Shown here: in pieces, positions 21,927 to 33,033 of the stretch | Position numbering within the stretch: the first letter of the stretch is position 1 | How the letters are laid out: the number at the start of each line of letters is the position of its first letter | DNA from: Epithemia pelagica | Taxonomy: Eukaryota; Protista; Bacillariophyta | NCBI GenBank assembly: GCA_946965045.2 | Contig: OX337230.1 | Location: 558,001-622,000, forward strand | Direction of reading: 5' to 3' | DNA length: 64,000 bases | Made by a program: the position numbers and the translations under genes | Notes under the pieces: generated by a model | Databases searched by the model: none | Told to the model about the DNA's origin: nothing | What the model saw: the letters and a program-made list of their open reading frames with translations, nothing else

Positions 21927-22517
21927 CTAGGCCGCCATGGCCGTACGGCCAACCAACTTTGCCGAGATCTTGGCGTATTCATCTCCACTCATGTTCTTGT
22001 TGCCCGTGAGGACCAGAGACCGAATGGTGGTGTTCTTTTCCAAGAATCGCTCCAAGCATTGTCCACCGACATCACTCAAGTCGTTTCCGGACAAGTCAAT
22101 GGTATGGACGGACGATGAAGTTGCCAGTGCATCGGCAATCACGGCCGCATCGGCATCCGTGTATCCATTGCTCGGAAGACACAAGGATTCAATCGTATCG
22201 CAGTACGACACGGTCGCCACCGTGGCGGCTTGAATGGGAGTATTCTCAATGTGAACCTTGAAGATTTTTCGGGCCGATGCAAACAAGCTGCTCAAAACCA
22301 TATCGAGGGTGGCTTCAGGGTCGGCTGTGGTCACATTTTTGACGTAGAAATCTTCCAATGCCGGATGCCCTCGTGTATTTCTCATAAACATGTACATGTC
22401 CTGTTCGTTTCCTTCAATCTTGACGTTTGTGAGACGAAAGGACTTGGCGTCGTCGCGGAGCATACTGCTCAAGCTCTTGTAAGTGGTGGTGGTGTCGCTG
22501 AGTTCCAAAGATGTCAT
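21927..22517 (-). CDS. Small RNI-like leucine-rich-repeat protein
   Basis: IESLCLPSNGYTDADAAVIADAL, VHTIDLSGNDLSDVGGQCLERFL and IRSLVLTGN repeats. Confidence 0.8.
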   Translation of the reverse strand: MTSLELSDTTTTYKSLSSMLRDDAKSFRLTNVKIEGNEQDMYMFMRNTRGHPALEDFYVKNVTTADPEATLDMVLSSLFASARKIFKVHIENTPIQAATVATVSYCDTIESLCLPSNGYTDADAAVIADALATSSSVHTIDLSGNDLSDVGGQCLERFLEKNTTIRSLVLTGNKNMSGDEYAKISAKLVGRTAMAA

Positions 22518-24397
22518 GGTGTGTTAATTTGATGACAGGTAAAAAAATACGAGGCTATAGTTGGGTGCGCTTGAGCTCTTGTATGCTTGGACAATTATGA
22601 TCTCGCTTTCACTTTTTGTCATGATTGCAAACAAAGTCATTGAGACTTGGTAGACCTTTGTAGATTTGCGTATGTTTCCTTGTTGGGCTGTCATTTCGAT
22701 AACATTGGATTCGGATTTGCGTTTGGGAGAGTTCGGATTCGAATATCATTGTCTTAAAACTACGATGTCGTTCATGTCGATCTCGGACGACGGACAAATG
22801 TCAAAGGGCATCAGGATGTTATCGTTCCCTAGTAAAACTTCCCATTTTCCAACTGCTGAGGAATGTCTGGTTTGGCTTCTTTGTGGCGATCTGATCGTGG
22901 AGGACATTTGCAAGAGATGCCTCAAGCTTCACACAAAGCATAGATGGAGAGATGCCACCAATACGCCCACGTGCGACTGACTCTCTTCCGAACACTCCCC
23001 GTACCAATGAGAATTCTCCCCCAAAATTGAGCTCCCCAACCGAATACTGTTGATGACCCAAGTATTAAAAACATAAGCCCCCACAATAGTAATTAACAAA
23101 AGTTATGGGTTCGTAAGCGGGAAAGAAAATGACTTGGGACATCCCAGTAGTTCGATCCAAAACAAAGTACGTTTGTTACACTTGTTACTTGTTTTACGCT
23201 TTCTGCGGTGGATGATGGATGATACTCTCATGGTAACAAGAGCGACACGAGAAAGTGAAAGCTCATCTGTCTTGCGTTCGATGTTACTATCGGTCTTCGT
23301 CTAGCGCCCAACATCATGGGGAATCATTATCGCCAGAAACCTTCCTCCTAGAGAGATATGGGCTCTGAGGAGAGAAGACTGAGGCTGCACGATGGGATCA
23401 GAAAGACAAATCGGTATAGTTTCTAGCCCGGGATTGACAAGACGCAGCCCCAAATTTGGAGCAATCATGAAAGTTCGCCATTCGCCGTCATCCCCAGAGA
23501 AAGTAGCCGAGAAGAAAGCGCTCTTCATTGTAAACTTTTATGTACAAGAGGATTACTCTTAGAAGACAGCTTCCGGTCTTGTGTCTCCTCACGTCGTTTG
23601 GTTGAAAGCGGACTCCAGATCATGCTGTCTTGCCACAGGAATGAGGATGCTAGGTTTCTTGTTTCAAAACAATGTTGCTAGTCATGAAGAAGAGAAGGGC
23701 GACAACCCAATCACCAATTGGAAAATGACACGCTTCATTGAATCGTACCAATCATCAGGAGCAAATGGAAACTCTCAAACCCAATCGGAAGTTCTGTTCG
23801 AAGTCGATTGCTTGAACACCAAAGAACGTACCAATCGATGAATCCAAACCGTCTTCCAAAGCCAGTTAGTGGTTGCAGGATTTTGTGTTGTCGACGACTT
23901 GAAGATGTGCGCTGGTGGGGCATGCAGCGCAGGTTCTCGTTTTTTGCACGATAGCTGAATCAGAGTTCTGAGTTCTTCATACCAAACTCACAACCTCTGA
24001 GTATTTACAATATAGCCGATGGGGTATAATACTGGGTGTCTACTGAATGTCTTAACTCCTAGCGCCTAAACAAAAATCATACTTAAAACAAAGCCCATAA
24101 CCCAATAGACCGAACTCAAATTTATGATCGAAACCATTTAAGAGCAAATTTGTCCGGGGGTAGACCCCTGCCCATGAACGTCGATCGTGATTCGGATCGT
24201 AAAACTTATACATACAAATATATATACATGTATATGATATATCGCCTGGCCGCACCTTCTCTTCCCCCCAATCGAGCTACCTGACTCCAACCAACAGGTA
24301 GCTCTTTACCGCCTTTTCCAATTACTGGCCCTCTTGTTTTGTTTGTCCCCTGATTCCTGTTTCTCTTTGATCGAATACCCTCTTCCATCATCACACC

Positions 24398-25714
24398 ATG
24401 TCCTCCTACGCAAGATCCCTCGAAGAAGTATTCAACAATGTGGAGAAGTCAATGGCAGACTCAGACGAGGAGCCTGACATCGAAGAGATAGAAACTCCAA
24501 AAGCTGTAACGCAGACAGCCACTTCAGTGACGTTGGATATGAACCAACCACAGCCAGTGACAAACAAAAGGCCTGCAGAGCCGGTGGCAAAGAGAGAATC
24601 TCCACGGCTCAAGATACAACGTCTATTGGACGAGGCAAAACGGGCGAGACTACAAAAGACCAAGAAAGGCCCTCCTACAGCACCTCCTTCTCGTGCTCCA
24701 CCGGTGCCTGTCAGTGCTTCCGCGGCAACAACAAACAAGTCGACAAAAGCCAAACAGTCAAAAGGCAATGGCGGAAAAGGCCGAACAAGGGGCAGGAATT
24801 TTACAAGCGATGAGACTTGGTATTTGTTGAATCTCATTGCCACTGTTCGTCCGGGTGGTCAAAACGATTGGGACCGCATTACCGAAGCCTACAACGAGAA
24901 GTTTGGTAACGGTGATGGAGAGCGGCTTCGCGACAGAGAGTCCCTCAAGCGTCGCTTCAGTGCTCTCCACGGCAGGAAGATCCCTACTGGGGATCCTGAC
25001 TGCCCCAAAGACGTTAAAGCTGCGAAGAGACTTGTTCGTTACATCGAATCGCGTTGCGATTCAGGCGAAGTTGGAGACGAGGAAAACTTCTTGGGTGAGG
25101 ACCAGATTTTGTTGGACAACCAGGAAGAAACAGAAGATTATGCAGATGGAGACGTGGAAGACGATGCTTCTTTGGATGAAGAAGAAGCAGCAGCCCAAGA
25201 GGAACAAAAACAACCATCCAGCAAGAACCCACGAACTCCAAAAGAAACAAGCAAGCCTGTGGAGGGTTTGGCTCTGGATTTGGCTGAAAGACTGGAATCA
25301 AAACCGCTCCGGTCTGCCACCAAAGGCAGAAAGAAGGTAACAATCGAGGATCCCAAGCAGGACGACAGCGACATAATGAAATACCTTATTGTGTCGCAGC
25401 AGAACCGACAAAATGCAGAGGACAAGGAACGCCGTGAACGCCGTGAAAAGGAAGACCGCGACCGAGAGGAGCGCCGTGAAAGAGATGAGCGTCGCGAGCG
25501 ACAAGAAGAACTTCGACAACAGCAAGCCATGCAACAATCCATGGCTATGCAGCAGTCTATGATGCAAATGATGATGATGGTGTTTGGACAGCGCCATCCG
25601 GTGCAGAACACCCAAACCGTTCAAAATACCCAGACTGTAACGGACGACAACATTCCCAAAGGCAATAGCGACACCACTACAAAAGAAAACACTGACGAGA
25701 ACACAAAGAACTAA
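24398..25714 (+). CDS. Transposon accessory protein with Myb/SANT-like (DUF6818-like) domain and coiled coil
   Basis: GRTRGRNFTSDETWYLL...DWDRITEAYN...RDRESLKRRFSALHGRKIPTGDPDCP; C-terminal E/R coiled coil and a Q/M-rich stretch. Confidence 0.85.
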   Translation: MSSYARSLEEVFNNVEKSMADSDEEPDIEEIETPKAVTQTATSVTLDMNQPQPVTNKRPAEPVAKRESPRLKIQRLLDEAKRARLQKTKKGPPTAPPSRAPPVPVSASAATTNKSTKAKQSKGNGGKGRTRGRNFTSDETWYLLNLIATVRPGGQNDWDRITEAYNEKFGNGDGERLRDRESLKRRFSALHGRKIPTGDPDCPKDVKAAKRLVRYIESRCDSGEVGDEENFLGEDQILLDNQEETEDYADGDVEDDASLDEEEAAAQEEQKQPSSKNPRTPKETSKPVEGLALDLAERLESKPLRSATKGRKKVTIEDPKQDDSDIMKYLIVSQQNRQNAEDKERRERREKEDRDREERRERDERRERQEELRQQQAMQQSMAMQQSMMQMMMMVFGQRHPVQNTQTVQNTQTVTDDNIPKGNSDTTTKENTDENTKN

Positions 25715-25742
25715 GTAGAATCATTTAACTATAGTAAAGACT

Positions 25743-26921
25743 TCAATGCATGTAACCATATATTTCTGTGGCGGCCAAACCAGGGTAGAACGTAGAGGAG
25801 ATTTGGTTAAAGCCGACTGTAGAAGCACGAAAATTGTAGAGCAAGACAATGAGAGAGACAATCACTTTTCTCTCACCAAATTCTTCGTACCGAAGACGGT
25901 CTTTCAAACGGGGAAAGGAGGCTTGAAGGCCTCGCATCCCCCACTCGGAAAGCTGTCGGACGGATGTGGCAGCCTTGTGAATCTCACTATCTCTCCGAAC
26001 TCTTCCCTGTCGGTCTGTGTTTCTCTGGTATGACTTTAGGAGACTCTCTCGTGCCTCAGAGCCAAAAGCAGAATCAACCACAATTCTTGCTCCACCACAA
26101 GCTTGTTCTCGTGCGTTGATATGGTCTAGCTTCTCGTAGGTTTTTGAGTAGACGGCCATTGTGGAATCGTGCCAGGATCCGGGCGCATTGATATAGCTTG
26201 CCCGAATCCTGCCATCGGGCGAGAACACAAACAAGTTGGAAATGTAATGATCACATTTCCAACCGTTGTAGAACATGTTCTCGAGGTCCGGATTTGCCTC
26301 AATAAGCAGTTTTAGGCCATCCATTGCTCCCCACACGTTGGTCAACACAGGGTACTTTTCGTTGATGACTCTTTTGAAAGTCGCCACTTCGTCACTTGTA
26401 GGCAACTTTACCATTGCGTCCGGATGATCTTTTAGCACAGTGACTAAGACCCTTCGTCCGAATCTTAGCCATACAGAGACGGGGGTTGCAGTCATACCGA
26501 AGATGACCTGCAATGCTGTCGTCGCCCCCCTTGTCCGTGTCCAGGCTAGAACCAACGCTAGACAAATAGTTGCATTGATCAGCCTTTTCCTGCCAGTCCG
26601 CCCCGAACGTGGGAGTCGCCTCATACGGTAGGTGTTGCTTGCAGTTTGCGGATAGGGCGTCCACTCGTTGAACACAGGAGCAAATAGTTCAAGTAGTTTT
26701 TGGAAGGACGCATGATCAAAGCCGCATAATGCAATCAAGGACGAGTCGTCTTTGCTATTAAACAAGCGGATGAATGCAGAACGTTTTGGATGCTGAAGTG
26801 CCAAACGGCCAATTCGTGCGGAGGGACGTCGTTTGAGTTGCTGCAACAGGCGATGAAGTCGTCTCTGTTTCTTCCTGTGAAGGAGAAGCATAAGAAAGGC
26901 AGTTTCCTCATGTTCGTCCAT
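25743..26921 (-). CDS. Harbinger-type DDE transposase (DDE_Tnp_4-like)
   Basis: WGAMDG, FYNGWKCDH, FSPDGRI, APGSWHDS, VVDSAF and RQLSEWGMRGLQASFPRL, with the catalytic D-D-E present. Likely start MDEHEE at 26921. Confidence 0.92.
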   Translation of the reverse strand: MDEHEETAFLMLLLHRKKQRRLHRLLQQLKRRPSARIGRLALQHPKRSAFIRLFNSKDDSSLIALCGFDHASFQKLLELFAPVFNEWTPYPQTASNTYRMRRLPRSGRTGRKRLINATICLALVLAWTRTRGATTALQVIFGMTATPVSVWLRFGRRVLVTVLKDHPDAMVKLPTSDEVATFKRVINEKYPVLTNVWGAMDGLKLLIEANPDLENMFYNGWKCDHYISNLFVFSPDGRIRASYINAPGSWHDSTMAVYSKTYEKLDHINAREQACGGARIVVDSAFGSEARESLLKSYQRNTDRQGRVRRDSEIHKAATSVRQLSEWGMRGLQASFPRLKDRLRYEEFGERKVIVSLIVLLYNFRASTVGFNQISSTFYPGLAATEIYGYMH

Positions 26922-27700
26922 TGTTTTGCCTAATAACAATTCTATGATCCTAGGATTAAAGCAATCTACATGAGGACGATGGTGGATGATGGATGATGGT
27001 GGATGGAGGTGGAGGATGGTGGACGATTGTTGGATGAATGTTAGATGTTGGATGGCGTTCATTGGGGGATAGATGGCATGAAAAAGGTGAAAATGGCGCG
27101 AAGCATGAATGTAGACCTTATGCCCTTAGTGTGCTGGCGTGCGCTTTGAGTCTTACTGGTTTAGGGCTATGACTTTCAGTACCAGTACGTCTTTTAAACT
27201 TAACCCCTATTTGTCCTAAATATGGTTTGAGATTTACGTCAGATTTACGAAAATACATTCAGTAGACACCCACTATCAGTAGCATTGAATTTAATTATGT
27301 CCAGAAAACCTGAGCCCAATCTACGACAAACCTTCACGCTTGTCGGAAAGAAAAGGCTCGCGGCTCATGCGCGACCGCATAAAATGCAAGATCCGGCGTG
27401 TTGGCTTGAAGGTGTTCGTGGGTGTTCGTCGGTGTACAGCTTTTAGAGACACCGAGCATTACGTCATCCTTGTCAGCTGGATCATTGACGCGTTTGCCTA
27501 TAGTGAGCGGTCGGTCCTCTGAAAGTTCCCGTAGTTCGGCAGTGGACTTAGATCTCAGAACTCATCTGGATGACGGATGACGGGGTGTTCTCCATTCGCC
27601 CAATTCCGAATCCAGCATCCAGCCACCCCCTGCTCATAATTTCTGTGAAACATCAAACGATTTCACCTCTGTTGCCACACCGATTCGAAACCAAAACACC

Positions 27701-28632
27701 ATGACCCCTCCCGTCGACGCTCCTTCTCTTGCCCAAACCCACATGCAAGGCCCTTTGAAAGTCAATGGCTCTGGCAAAGCCTTGACGAGAGAGGAATTGG
27801 ACGCTGTGAAAGAAGATTTGGAACGTATCAAACAAGAGTACGGTCTCAAGGAACCGGACCGGTCCTTCATGCACGACGAGGAAGGCATCCAGTGGCGTTT
27901 TGGAGGTCCTCCGGATTATTCTCTCACCAACTATCTCTTTCTCAAGGAACGTTCCAAGATGCATCCCGAAGGATCCTTGGAACTCGTGGTGGAGAACCTG
28001 GTCAAGACGTGGGAAATGGAACGATCGCACAAGGTGGATTCGTCGCAGCATCGATCCGTGGACCAAGATGCGTTTGAAATCTCGGCCAATGGGGGCAAAA
28101 CCTACAACCATGTGGAAGCCAACCAAGTCGGCAACTACAATGTCTTGCTGGAGTCCTGCCCCGCCTGGGACAATGCCAATATTACATGGGAAGATTCTCA
28201 CGAAATGTTTCATACGGCCTTTGCGGCATTTCCGTGGGAGGTTCTCGATACCTTTTCGGGTCCACCCAAGATTGGATTTACCTGGCGTCACTGGGGTCGA
28301 TTCACCGGAACCTATGAAGAGAACCAGGGCAAAGGACAGCTTGTTGAAATGTTTGGTTTTGGTACGTCCACGAAAATGATCCAACCTTTTCCTGTTTCTC
28401 GTAACGCCATTCCTTCTCACATTTTTTGTCCACAGGAACTGCCACGGTCAATGAGAAACTGCAGCTCACCAAGGTGGAAATTTACTACGACGCGGATGAG
28501 TTCCTTGCCGTGATGCGAGGAGAAAAGGAGGTCGAAGATGCCAATAAGGATTGGCGAAGCGGTGGAAAATGCCCTCACTTTACCATGCTCCAAAAGGAGA
28601 AGAAGGAGGAGGAGGAGGGAAAGAAGCCCTAA
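27701..28632 (+). CDS. 'Pathogen-related protein' family (SnoaL/NTF2-like C-terminus), intron 28362-28435
   Basis: WRFGGPPDY, NLVKTWEMERSHK, AFPWEVLDTFSGPP and FTWRHWGRFTG motifs. A GTACGT...CCACAG intron joins the two ORFs into 286 codons. Confidence 0.85.
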
Positions 28633-29255
28633 ACTCGATCGAATGGGACGCCGTATTGTCTCTTTTCGATTGTTGAGTGATAGTTCGTCATGTTAAATCT
28701 TGAAGGAAGTTGTCTATTACGTTAACCATGCTTTTCCCACAAACATTCGAATACGTCACACAAACTTTCACACGGAAGTCATTTAAGTATGGGCTTGTAT
28801 GGAAATCCCGTAAAATTCTTGAAGTCTCTGGAACTTTCTATCTTCGACATAAGATCTCAGCATTCTTTCTCAGTCGCTGAAAAATAAAGTATATTGGTCG
28901 TGTTACAGTCGCTTTTGGTGAGTCAGTCATCGATGGAGTTGGAGATCGAATCTGACGAAAGATTCACACATCACTCAACTTCTTCGCTTTGCCTTTTGTC
29001 CAACGACACACATCATCTCACCACCGCAAAATCGTGATGGCCAAGAGCCTGGCTCAGTTTTTCTGTCGTACGCAAGAAATAGTTGGATATTGACCAGTTC
29101 CATATCTTTGTGGTGTTGGACGGACCAAGGAAACTTTTCAAGAGACCTCGTCTGTATCTCTTGCACGAGTTGCTTCATTCACTGCTGGAGATTGTTGGAC
29201 TTGACAGCATCGATTCGACGACTACAAGACTTGTTTGAACGCAATTGAACACAAG

Positions 29256-32200
29256 ATGACCAAGATTTTATGGTTCTTGACATGGACGGTGGCCATTGAG
29301 GCCGCTTTTGGTCCAGCCACACCTCTGTTGGGTGTCCCATCGCAAGTGAGCACGTCCGAGAATACGTTGACCATGCGGGTGGGCCTTTCGGATCTCGGTC
29401 GACGCCAAAAAATGAATCAACTGCTCAAGACGGTGCACACCAACCCGTCCCCCGAATTTGTCCGCGACGAGCTCTTGTCCGAAGACACGGCGTCCATTTT
29501 GGAAAAGTGTCAATGGAAGTTGCGTCGTGCCTTGTTGCGAAAGATTCGATCGGCGGCCTATGCCTACGATATTGACGTCGATCCCTCCTTTGGTCACCCC
29601 CCGTCTCAAGACGTACGTGAGGCACTGGAACAAAAGCAAGGTGCGGTACGCAAGGCGGAACGTGCGGCCCATTTTGCTCAAGTCGAACAAGAACGACAAA
29701 CGCGCATGGCCGCTCGTGCCGAAGAAGCCCGGAAAAAGGCCCACGCCGAACGAGCCGCGCAGTTCAAGGCCGAACGGGAAGCGGCCAAACAGGCTGAGGA
29801 GGAACGATTGGCGGCCGAACAAAAGGCCGAGGAAGAACGACTCGCTGCCGAAGCCGCTGCCCAGAAAGCTGAAGAAGAACGACTTGCTGCCGAAGCCGCT
29901 GCCAAAGCCGAAGAAGAACGCTTGGCGGCGGAAAAGGCTGCTGAAGAGGAACGATTGGCAGCTGAAGCTGCTGCCAAGAAGGCAGAGGAGGAACGACTCG
30001 CGGCGGAAGCCGCTGCCAAGAAAGCTGAAGAAGAACGACTTGCTGCCGAAGCTGCTGCCAAAGCCGAAGAAGAACGCTTGGCGGCGGAAAAGGCTGCTGA
30101 AGAGGAACGATTGGCAGCTGAAGCTGCTGCCAAGAAGGCAGAGGAGGAACGAATTGCTGCGGAAGCTGCTGCCAAAAAGGAAGAGGAAGAACGAATTGCT
30201 GCTGAGAAGAAGGCCGAAGAGGAACGATTGGCTGCCGAAGCAGCAGCCAAGGCCGAAGAGGAAGCTGCTGCAGCAGCTGCTGAGGCCGCTGCCAAGAAAG
30301 CCGAAGAGGAGAAAGCAGCAAAGGAAGCTGAACCAGTTGCTGAAAAGACGGAGTCAGCCCCTCCGGTCAGTGGTGGCGCTGTTACAACGAAAATGATTAA
30401 GGAATTGCGTGACAACACCGGTGCCGGAATGATGGACTGTAAAAAGGCCTTGACAGAATGTGGAGGTGACATGGAGGAAGCCACTGACTTTTTGCGCAAA
30501 AAGGGACTGGCCAAGGCCGATAAGAAAGCCAGTCGCGTTGCCGCCGAAGGAAAGATTGCCTTTAGCAGTGCCGGTAACAAGGCTGTGTTGGTCGAAGTGA
30601 ATTGTGAAACCGACTTTGTCGGCAAGGACGCCAACTTTGGCGGATTTTGTGATCAGGTAGCACAAGCCGCTGTGATAGTGGAGAATGATTCTGTTGATGC
30701 CTTGTTGGAAAAGACAATGGCAGATGGAGCTTCTGTAGAAGAAACTCGTCAAGCGCTGGTTGCCAAGATTGGAGAGAACATTCAGGTTCGACGCATGGCT
30801 TCTAGGGGAGGCGAAGGAAGCACGGTGGGAGCATATGTTCACATGAATCGTATTGGTATGTACATGGCTTCATGAAGCTATTCAACGAAGTTTTTTCTAT
30901 TGACAATGGCGCTAACCATAACTCTATTTTTCATCAGGTGTATTGGTTGAGTTGGAAGGAGGTGACGAACAACTTTGTACGGACATTGCCATGCACGTTG
31001 CTGCCATGAACCCTCCTTTTGCCGTTCCCGAGGATGTCCCTGCTGACGTGTTGGATAAGGAACGTAAGATTTTGAGTGACCAGGCATTGGAATCGGGCAA
31101 GCCACCCGAGATTGTCGAGAAGATGGTGGAAGGCCGTATCCGTAAATACTTGCAAGAGATTTGTTTGGTGTCGCAACAGTATGTCAAGGATGGCGACAAG
31201 ACCGTTGGCAAGTTGTTGGAAGAGAAGGGTGCCAAGATGAAGGGATTTACTCGCATTGCTGTTGGAGAAGGGATTGAAAAGAAGGAAGACAACTTTGCCG
31301 AAGAAGTTGCCAAAATGGCCGGAACAGCTTCTTCGGATGCAGATGTACAAAACGAACCCGCTCCTGCCGAAGCTGTCACCTCCCCTGAACCCGTTGTCGA
31401 ACCTGAACCCGTTGTCGAACAAGTGGCTGAACCTGTCGAAGAAGCAAAGCCAGCAGCCACGGGTGGCGCTGTCACAACGAAAATGATTAAGGAACTGCGT
31501 GACAACACCGGTGCCGGAATGATGGACTGTAAAAAGGCCTTGACAGAATGTGGAGGTGACATGGAGGAGGCCACTGACTTTTTGCGCAAAAAGGGACTGG
31601 CCAAGGCCGATAAGAAAGCCAGTCGCGTTGCCGCCGAAGGAAAGATTGCCTTTAGCAGTGCCGGTAACAAGGCTGTGTTGGTCGAAGTGAATTGTGAAAC
31701 CGACTTTGTCGGCAAGGATGCCAACTTTGGCGGCTTCTGTGATCAGGTAGCACAAGCCGCTGTGGAAGTTGAGAATGATTCTGTCGACGCCTTGTTGGAA
31801 AAGACAATGGCAGATGGAGCTTCTGTAGAAGAAACTCGTCAAGCGCTGGTTGCCAAGATTGGAGAGAACATTCAGGTTCGACGCATGGCTTCTAGGGGAG
31901 GCGAGGGAAGCACTGTTGGAGCATATGTTCACATGAATCGTATTGGTAAGTGCAAGACTTCAAACGAAGCTTTTCTCAGTCTTCGAAACGTCTCACTCAC
32001 ATACTTCTTCTATGTTCTAGGTGTGTTGGTCGAGTTGGAAGGTGGTGACGAGGCGCTTTGTACGGACATTGCCATGCACGTTGCGGCCATGAACCCTCCC
32101 TTTGCCGTTCCCGAGGATGTCCCTGCTGACGTGTTGGATAAGGAACGTAAGATTTTGAGTGACCAGGCATTGGAATCGGGCAAGCCACCCGAGATTGTCG

Positions 32201-32433
32201 AGAAGATGGTGGAAGGCCGTATCCGTAAATACTTGCAAGAGATTTGTTTGGTGTCGCAACAGTATGTTAAGGATGGCGACAAGACCGTTGGCAAGTTGTT
32301 GGAAGAGAAGGGTGCCAAGATGAAGGGATTTACTCGCATTGCTGTTGGAGAAGGTATTGAAAAGAAGGAAGACAACTTTGCCGAAGAAGTTGCCAAAATG
32401 GCTGGAACTGCCCCCGAGCCTGTAGCCGCGTAG
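29256..32433 (+). CDS. tsf: Plastid-targeted protein with two tandem full-length EF-Ts units; introns 30856-30937 and 31946-32020 (1,006 aa)
   Basis: Signal peptide KILWFLTWTVAIEAA-F. Two copies of IKELRDNTGAGMMDCKKAL...EVNCETDFV...GEGIEKKEDNFAEEV. Both introns are GT-AG, phase 1, at the same codon (MNRIG/VLVE). Confidence 0.92.
29780..30330 (+). repeat. Coding tandem repeat (AEEERLAAEAAAK-type) forming a charged helical linker, including a 156-nt near-exact duplication
   Basis: About 13 EEERLAAE units; sequence at 29871 recurs at 30027. Confidence 0.85.
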
Positions 32434-33033
32434 GCTTAGCTACTATCTTTAATACGCACAATGTTATCATAATCAATATCCGAATCTATCAGGAGTTGTA
32501 GACATCACATTGGCCGCAGACAAGTTTAGCGCTTGTTGACAGACTATAAAAATGTTCTTGGATTGAATACGAAGGGATCATGGAATCGAAGCATCGTTAT
32601 TATCACTATACCGTGTTTGTTTGTAATGCGTCGACTTCGTTTCAAGAACCCGTCGAAGCTTATGAATCAGAGTGCCAGTGTCCAACAGTGATAGGTCCTA
32701 TGGAACCTCGTTTGAAGAACTCGCACCGATTGTAGAAGGACAACCATTGACCACTGGCTCATTGCGGTTCTATTTGTCGACTGGAAAGGTCAAATATATA
32801 GGATTGAACGGGATGAATAAGCTGGGGATGTACAATATCTTCTTTGTACATGTCGCTGTATGCATACCAGCGCACATCCATAAAGTAAACAATATCTCAG
32901 ACACCCTTGCCGAAACGTCTCTCTGCATACATACCGCAGGTGCCAAGTCATTTCGTCGAGCACTGTGAGAATCGCTTGTACAAAAACCGTGTGCCATACA
33001 ACCGTCATTGTTGTACACGATTGTGCCCCGTCA

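Larger units (their letters stand above)
24034..27271. mobile_element. Complete PIF/Harbinger-superfamily (PHIS) DNA transposon, 3,238 bp
   Basis: Perfect 17-bp TIRs GGGTGTCTACTGAATGT (24034-24050) / ACATTCAGTAGACACCC (27255-27271). 3-bp duplication ACT at 24031-24033 and 27272-27274. Encloses convergent Myb-like and DDE transposase ORFs. Confidence 0.92.

Noticed and set aside
22600-23980. Short ORFs between the LRR gene and the transposon
   Set aside because: All are about 105 aa or shorter, with no motifs or coding-like composition.
29678-30634. Ala/Ser-rich minus-strand ORF
   Set aside because: It is antisense to the EF-Ts linker repeat.
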